Assembly (NCBI GenBank): GCA_020137815.1
Contig: WFME01000035.1
Coordinates: 1 to 10,505 of the forward strand
DNA length: 10,505 bases
Direction: 5' to 3'
Source: Hormiphora californensis
Lineage: Eukaryota > Animalia > Ctenophora
Numbering within the stretch: position 1 is the first letter of the stretch; the number at the start of each line of letters is the position of its first letter. Positions 9,360-10,505 of this stretch are shown here, one piece after another. The position numbers were made by a program, and so were the translations under genes. The notes under the pieces are model-generated. The model saw only the letters and a list, made by a program, of their open reading frames with translations, did not search any database and was not told the origin of the DNA.

Positions 9360-9872
9360 TAACCCTAACACCTAAACCTAACCAACCTAACCCTAAACCC
9401 TAACCCTAACCCTAACCCTAACCCTAAACCCCTACCCCTAACCCTAACCCTAACCAACCCTAACCCTAACCCTAACCCTAACCCTAACCCTAACCGCCTC
9501 CTAACCCTAACCCTAACCCTAACCCTAACAACCCAACCCTAACCCTAACCCTAACCCTACCCTAACCCTAAACCTAACCCTAACCCTAACCCTAACCCTA
9601 ACCCTAAACCTAACCTAACCCTAACCCTAACCCTAACCCTAACCCTAACCCTAACCCTCCTAACCCTACCAACCCTAACCCTAACCCTAACCCAACCCTA
9701 ACCCTAACCCTAACCCTAACCCCCAACCCCAACCCACCCTAACAACCCTAACCACCCTAACCTAACCCTAACCCAACCCTAACCCTAACCCTAACCCTAA
9801 CCCTAACCCTAACCCTAACCCTAACCCTAACCCTAACCCTAACCCTAACCCTAACCCTAACCCTAACCCTAA
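9360..9872. repeat. Telomeric repeat tract (CCCTAA)n / (TTAGGG)n, internal to the window
   Basis: About 510 bp of ccctaa units. Variant units occur in the left and middle parts; the run is perfect from ~9777 to 9872. Confidence 0.97.
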
Positions 9873-10069
9873 TTAGAACCAACAGGTTTCCTACCAAGGA
9901 TATCAGTGAAGTTGGTAGGATATCGTAATTTTTCACTTATTTTACCGGTAGTGAAGATTTCCTGCCTCTTTGACAGGTTCCTTCCATTGTCACCGATATC
10001 CTACCAAACGGTTACAACCACTGGTAGGATATCTTTGAAAAGGCTGGTAGGATTTCGGTTGGTTCTAAT
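9872..10069. mobile_element. ~200-bp TIR element (MITE-like) abutting the telomeric tract
   Basis: Perfect 12-bp TIR attagaaccaac (9872-9883) / gttggttctaat (10058-10069), extending to 21/25 matches. Internal ggtaggatatc / gatatcctacc motifs are shared with the 111-bp repeat. No clear TSD. Confidence 0.6.
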
Positions 10070-10505
10070 CGTTGTTGCAGCAGTAACGCGCGTAGATTAC
10101 TAAAATAAAATGCGTCGCGCATGTCTTTTTGAGCGCCGCGCATATTTTTTTAGTTTAATTTTTCTTTTTTAAACGGTTTTTTTTTTCAATTTTTCCAATT
10201 TTTCAATTTTTTCAATTCATATTTCGCGGATTGGAATGCGCTGCAGTCCCCTCATGCGCGCACCCCCGCAACGAGGGGACTGAAGGGAATGCCGCGCGCG
10301 CGTTTGGCCTGAGCCCGGCTGGTCGAAGATAACTTTGCGGCTCGAAAAAACGGCGGTGCTTATCTTTGGCTCCTGTAGTCCGTTTGACTTGATTCTTTCA
10401 ACCAGTTGTTAATGACTGACGATTATCTACCTTGCTGTTTTTGAGAGAAGTTAATTGGACTTAAGGAGGCTGAGCAATAGCCGTTGAAATGGGTTTGTTT
10501 TTCAA

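Noticed and set aside
8962-10103. ORFs 8962-9153 (-) and 9906-10103 (+)
   Set aside because: They are short, overlap palindromic or MITE-like sequence, and show no protein-like features.

Overview
Eukaryotic genomic DNA (GT-AG introns, TTAGGG-type telomeric repeat); the organism cannot be identified from this window. Most of it is one minus-strand gene that the ORF track shows only as fragments. I assembled it by hand into 21 phase-consistent exons (8208->630, 3510 nt, about 1169 aa). The predicted protein runs: Tudor-like domain, ~340-aa (ELAEHVAP/ELAAP)n minisatellite linker, two Zn-finger-like motifs, a tandemly duplicated acidic exon, a tyrosine-recombinase domain (R...K...TxxR...H...Y), and an acidic/basic tail. 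Two introns carry mutually inverted arrays of a 111-bp repeat. Upstream of the gene lie a perfect 13-6-13 palindrome resembling a YR recombination site, several MITE-like inverted-repeat elements and an internal ~510-bp (CCCTAA)n tract. Working hypothesis (inference only): an intron-rich, Crypton-like or novel YR DNA element with chromatin-reader domains, located at or inserted into telomeric repeats.
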